From Candidatus Cloacimonadales bacterium (lineage in GTDB: Bacteria; Cloacimonadota; Cloacimonadia; Cloacimonadales; JAFGVF01), in contig OY759729.1 of the NCBI GenBank assembly GCA_963662585.1, forward strand, positions 256,001 through 320,000: a stretch of DNA of 64,000 nt, read 5' to 3'. Below, in pieces: positions 59,769 to 64,000 of this stretch (position 1 is its first letter; every line of letters starts with the position of its first letter). A program made the position numbers and the translations under genes. The notes under the pieces were generated by a model. The model saw only the letters and a list, made by a program, of their open reading frames with translations, did no database searches and was not told the origin of the DNA.

Positions 59769-60413
59769 ATGTTCACTGGAATAATTGAAGAAATTGGAGA
59801 AATTAAAGAGATTAGTCATCAAGATGGGAAAAGATATCTTACTATAACAAGTCAAAGAATCAACACTGATTTAAAAATTGGTGATTCAATAGCTTGTAAC
59901 GGGATCTGTTTAACCCTAACTCACTTTACTACAAGTACTATTACTGTGGAAGTGATGAATGAGACTATCTCCAAAACAACAGTAAAACAATGGAATATTG
60001 GTTGTAAAATCAATTTAGAGAGAGCTTTAAAATTTAATAGCAGATTAGATGGGCATATAGTTCAAGGACATGTTGATACAATTACTAATATAATTTCAGT
60101 TAATGAAGTTAATAAAACCCGTTATTTAAAACTCAATCTTCCCAATGAATTTGCTGAATTAGTAGTTCCCCAAGGTTCTATAGCTATCAATGGGGTAAGT
60201 CTTACTGTTGCAAAATTAGATTTTTCTTCTCTACAAGTTGCTTTAATCTCTTTAACAGAAAATCTTACAAACCTCTCCCTCCTTACAAGTGGTGATTTGG
60301 TAAATATAGAATTTGATATTATAGGTAAATATATTCTACGCAAGAATAGTATCTCCTCAGCTCAACCTAAATCTAAGATTTCGCAAGCGTGGCTCAATGA
60401 ACAAGGCTTTTAA
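59769..60413 (+). CDS. ribE: Riboflavin synthase (alpha chain)
   Basis: MFTGIIEE, GDSIA.NG.CLT, NLERAL, GHIVQGHVD, GSIAINGVSLT. Confidence 0.95.
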   Translation: MFTGIIEEIGEIKEISHQDGKRYLTITSQRINTDLKIGDSIACNGICLTLTHFTTSTITVEVMNETISKTTVKQWNIGCKINLERALKFNSRLDGHIVQGHVDTITNIISVNEVNKTRYLKLNLPNEFAELVVPQGSIAINGVSLTVAKLDFSSLQVALISLTENLTNLSLLTSGDLVNIEFDIIGKYILRKNSISSAQPKSKISQAWLNEQGF

Positions 60414-61677
60414 ATTACTTTTACTTAGTTCTTTACTCATCTTTGGATGTGGAAAAGCTAAGAGTCCTACTGGAGGTCCAGAAGATAGAGAAGCTCTCAA
60501 AATAGAATCCATATTTCCTGATCATTATGCTTCCATTAGTGAGAAAAAAGTAGAAATTAACTTTAACAAAGAAGTAGATAAAAGATCAGCACAAAGTGCT
60601 TTCCGTTTTTATCCTTCCATAGAAAATCTAAAAATCAAAACTGATGATCAACAGATAAGCTTAATCATTGAAGAAGATTTATTAGCTGACCGAAATTATT
60701 ATTTAACAATCTCTAAAGTACTTAAAGACACCCGCAATAACTATTTGCAGGATAACATAACCTATACTTACAGTAATGGTAAGCTTCATGACTCCAAACT
60801 CTTTGGAGATATTATCTATGATAAAGATGAAGACAAAGAACTTGATAAAAAATTAATATTGTTAGACCAAGATTCTGTTACAGTTTTCGTTAAGAACTTC
60901 TCAGGTGATTTTTATGATATTGATGGCCTAGAACACAGACCTTATATTCTAAGATCATATATTGATAAGAATAATAATGGTCGATATGATATTGAAAAAG
61001 AACCTTATTTTGAGAAGTATATAGATTCATTAAAGACTGAAAATGCAGATATTTTACTTAGCTATGTTGATACTTCCAAAGTTGTTGCTAAAAATGTTAC
61101 AGCTCTTAGTAATAATCTAATTAGAGTTACCTTCTCAGAGGAGTTAACGAAATGGGATTCTTTAACTATTATATGTGATGCTGATACTAGCGAATTCTCT
61201 CATTACACAACTGTCTTGCAAGGCGATAAAGTCTCAGTTGTTACAGCATTTCAAGATACTCTTGATTATAAAATATCATTCTATAACTTAGTAGATTTAA
61301 ATGAGAATGTTACTCCAGTTTCAGCACTTACATTTTCTGGTTCTACTTATCAAGATACTCTAAATCCTACAATTTTAGAAGCTGAACCTAAAAATGGTTC
61401 TACTGTAAAAGATAGAGACCCTTTCTTTTTAATAACTTTTGATAAGATAATCCTACAAAAAGACATTATTGCTAGTCTAAAAGAAAATGAAACAAACACC
61501 TTAGTGGACTTACATATTTTTGAGAGTAACTCCTATAAGGCCTTAATTAAACCTAAGAAAGCTCTAAAGAACTTTAATAGTTACACCTTTACTATTTCCC
61601 AAGAGACTAAAGATTTTAATGGTAATAAGTTATTAGAAGATTACGAAATTAACTTCATGGTAACTGCCTCAGAATAG
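60397..61677 (+). CDS. Lipoprotein with Ig-like domains
   Basis: Lipobox IFGC followed by P.GGP.D; repeated Big_5-like modules. Confidence 0.75.
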   Translation: MNKAFKLLLLSSLLIFGCGKAKSPTGGPEDREALKIESIFPDHYASISEKKVEINFNKEVDKRSAQSAFRFYPSIENLKIKTDDQQISLIIEEDLLADRNYYLTISKVLKDTRNNYLQDNITYTYSNGKLHDSKLFGDIIYDKDEDKELDKKLILLDQDSVTVFVKNFSGDFYDIDGLEHRPYILRSYIDKNNNGRYDIEKEPYFEKYIDSLKTENADILLSYVDTSKVVAKNVTALSNNLIRVTFSEELTKWDSLTIICDADTSEFSHYTTVLQGDKVSVVTAFQDTLDYKISFYNLVDLNENVTPVSALTFSGSTYQDTLNPTILEAEPKNGSTVKDRDPFFLITFDKIILQKDIIASLKENETNTLVDLHIFESNSYKALIKPKKALKNFNSYTFTISQETKDFNGNKLLEDYEINFMVTASE

Positions 61678-61715
61678 ACTTTACAAAATTCACTATAATA
61701 ATATTAAGAGATAAA

Positions 61716-62609
61716 ATGAAGATTATTGAAGAAATAGAACTTTCAGACCTCAATGAGCAAAGCAGATTAAGTGATCTTGCTTTTCAAATATTTTCCTATC
61801 TACATAGTCGTAAAGCTCTAACTAAAGCAATTAAACGAGGTGATATTCTCATCAATGGTAAGCGTGGTTATACTGCTGATTTCGTTAAAAATAATGATAT
61901 TATTACAGTAATTGAACAAGAAGATTTAACCTATAAGCCATACAAGAAAAAGCTTGAAATAATCTTCGAAGATGATTATCTAGCAGTAATTAACAAACCT
62001 GCTGGTATTGATGTTAGTGGAAATAAATTTAGAACTATCGAGAATATGGCTCTCTCGAATATTCAGTTAAATAAAGGAAATGATGGACTAAAGAAACTTA
62101 GACCTGTTCATCGTTTAGACAATCAAACTTCTGGTCTACTACTAATAGCCAAAACTTCAATCTCTCTAATAGAACTTTCCCACCAATTCCAGTCTCGAGA
62201 AATAACTAAGAAATATCATGCTATTGTTATAGGGCATCTTCCTCTTGAAGGTGAGATTAACACTCCAATTAGAGACATGGAGTCCTTAACACGCTATAAG
62301 ACAATAAGACATTGCCCTTCTCTAAAGGTTGGGGAAATTAGCTTAGTAGAACTTAGCCTACTCACAGGGAGAACTCACCAGTTAAGAATTCACTTAGCTG
62401 GAATAGGATTTCCAATATTAGGAGATAAACTATATGGAAATCAAGATTTGATTCTTGCTGGAAAAGGATTGTTTCTGACAGCCTCAGAATTATCTTTTAA
62501 GCACCCGATTACAAAAGAAATAATGGATTTCAAACTAGCCTTACCTCATAAATTCCAAGCTCATTTGGAAAGAGAAGAAAGAAGATATAAGAAATATAAT
62601 TCTGTCTAG
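61716..62609 (+). CDS. RluA-family RNA pseudouridine synthase with S4 domain
   Basis: INKPAG, VHRLD..TSG, TGRTHQLR.H, PILGD.LY. Confidence 0.93.
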   Translation: MKIIEEIELSDLNEQSRLSDLAFQIFSYLHSRKALTKAIKRGDILINGKRGYTADFVKNNDIITVIEQEDLTYKPYKKKLEIIFEDDYLAVINKPAGIDVSGNKFRTIENMALSNIQLNKGNDGLKKLRPVHRLDNQTSGLLLIAKTSISLIELSHQFQSREITKKYHAIVIGHLPLEGEINTPIRDMESLTRYKTIRHCPSLKVGEISLVELSLLTGRTHQLRIHLAGIGFPILGDKLYGNQDLILAGKGLFLTASELSFKHPITKEIMDFKLALPHKFQAHLEREERRYKKYNSV

Positions 62610-62789
62610 GAGAAGATAATTACTTATTCCCTATAAGATTGGCAGTAAAATGAAGATTTGAGCTTTAGGTCAAACTCTATAATCCTCTATAATAAACTTT
62701 CTTCTCAACTCACAATTCTTAATTAGTTTTATTATTTATTGCTTTTCTAACTTATTGTTATATAATATTTAAAAAGGGAGGAAATAGTT

Positions 62790-63095
62790 ATGATTTTAAC
62801 TTTCGGAACTGTTTTAAGTATTTTGATAATCCTATTCAGTTTGTTTATGGATATACCAGGAGATTATATATTAATAGCTAAAGGAATCGTGTTTTTAACT
62901 GCAGCTTATAGGATATATGAGTATATTCTAGCACAACATTGGGAATGGGTATTACCTTTTTTCCTTTTAATATTATACATAAACCCATTCTTCACATTTC
63001 CTATTGCTGAAATGACTCATGGCTATATAATAAATCTGATATTAAAATCTTCTTCAATCTTCCTTTTAGGCTATAGTTTCAATCATATTAGATAA
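62790..63095 (+). CDS. Small membrane protein (possibly DUF6804-like)
   Basis: GGAGG RBS; several hydrophobic segments; P.DY and NPF motifs. Confidence 0.55.
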   Translation: MILTFGTVLSILIILFSLFMDIPGDYILIAKGIVFLTAAYRIYEYILAQHWEWVLPFFLLILYINPFFTFPIAEMTHGYIINLILKSSSIFLLGYSFNHIR

Positions 63096-63839
63096 TTAAG
63101 CTGGAATAATTTCTCTTCCCTCTTCTTTCATAAAAGCTTTCTTTAGCTCGTTAAAAGTTGCTTCTTCTAGACGGGCAAAACAAGACCCTGTTCCCATATC
63201 ATTTAGATAATGAGCATCAGAATTTCTTATCACTGTCAGACCTGCTAGATAGCTGTTATCAGCAAGAAAGGATTTAATGTCGCATCTTGCAGTAATGCCT
63301 ACCCCATCGATTGAGAGATTTGAGGGAAGAAAACCAAGTTGAGAAATTACTGAGTTTGTTTGAGCATCGATATGAGCTGGAAAGCAAATAGAATTAAACT
63401 CTTTGACCTTACTAACTGTTGTTTCGAAATCCCAGACCACAGAATTAATTAAAGCTCTCTCTTCAATACCAATAATATTCTCATCTTTATCAACTATCAC
63501 TTGGTCGCCAAAATAATCAGGATTATTTTCAATAGGAAGAAGAGCTTCATATACTTGTTCATCAAACTTCATTGCTTCAGCAAGATCAGCAAAAAGAGCA
63601 ATTACATGAATCTCTTCCATAGTTTGTATTTCTATTCCACAAATCACAACTAGTCCCTGCTTTTTACCTAACTCATAATAAGCCTGGCAATTCTTACAAG
63701 TATTATGGTCAGTTATAGCTATAATATCTAATCCCAGTTCCTTAGCTCGTTCTATAACAGCTACAGGAGACATTTCTAGGCCTCCACAAGGAGAAAGAAC
63801 TGTGTGATTATGGAGATCTATCTTATACTTCTTGAGCAT
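63096..63839 (-). CDS. PHP domain protein
   Basis: DLHNHT.LSPC, AITDHN, EEIH, PAHID, NSDAH. Confidence 0.9.
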   Translation of the reverse strand: MLKKYKIDLHNHTVLSPCGGLEMSPVAVIERAKELGLDIIAITDHNTCKNCQAYYELGKKQGLVVICGIEIQTMEEIHVIALFADLAEAMKFDEQVYEALLPIENNPDYFGDQVIVDKDENIIGIEERALINSVVWDFETTVSKVKEFNSICFPAHIDAQTNSVISQLGFLPSNLSIDGVGITARCDIKSFLADNSYLAGLTVIRNSDAHYLNDMGTGSCFARLEEATFNELKKAFMKEEGREIIPA

Positions 63840-64000
63840 TATTTCTGATACAATAATTGATACAATACTCCAGCAGCATCGAAGACAGGTAAAGATGTTT
63901 TAATTAAAACAATTCCCTCTTCTGTTGCTTTATCAATAACAGCTTTTTCAGGTGTAGTATTTTTTCCAAAAACAATACATGGTATATCGGCCATTGAAGC
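63839..64000 (-). CDS. DRTGG-domain protein, C-terminal fragment (truncated by window edge)
   Basis: Manual translation ASMADIPCIVFGKNTTPEKAVIDKATEEGIVLIKTSLPVFDAAGVLYQLLYQK*; stop overlaps the PHP start; DRTGG-PHP adjacency. Confidence 0.75.
   Translation of the reverse strand, partial: ASMADIPCIVFGKNTTPEKAVIDKATEEGIVLIKTSLPVFDAAGVLYQLLYQK

Noticed and set aside
12555..60343. Short antisense or nested ORFs in the track (e.g. 12555, 20088, 20678, 21385, 23710, 24898, 25813, 27698, 30733, 31155, 33725, 41634, 42020, 43356, 44931, 49106, 50176, 50468, 51216-52192, 55856-58190, 58905, 60122)
   Set aside because: They overlap well-supported conserved genes on the opposite strand or another frame and have no recognisable motifs; treated as shadow ORFs.
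1..64000. tRNA, rRNA, tmRNA or prophage genes
   Set aside because: No tRNA cloverleaf with a TTCGA T-loop, rRNA-like segment or phage hallmark protein was recognised.

Overview
AT-rich bacterial chromosome segment made mostly of housekeeping and envelope genes: the thrS 3' end, kdsD, dtd, ribH-nusB, rpsA, lysS, an LptD-like gene, gmhB, an M16 peptidase pair, queC, topA, secA, thiM-thiE-thiD-tenA, cutC, a GH13 amylase, TamB-like/lolD/lolC, dapF/dapB, DUF1015, valS, ybaB-recR, riboflavin synthase, and PHP/DRTGG genes. The gene set suggests a diderm anaerobe, possibly Cloacimonadota-like (inference only). The standout region is about 52.5-55.4 kb. There a REP-associated HUH/Y1 tyrosine transposase (RAYT/TnpA-REP type) sits inside a head-to-tail array of 13 copies of a 177-178 bp unit: 10 full copies plus 1 partial on the left, and 2 on the right. 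Each unit folds into 5-6 hairpins closed by an outer stem. Variation is concentrated in loops and linkers, includes compensatory changes and is shuffled in mosaic fashion. Several other REP-like palindromic elements occur in intergenic regions (1.7 kb, 7.5 kb, 33.7 kb, 35.2-35.5 kb). No rRNA, tRNA or CRISPR array was recognised.
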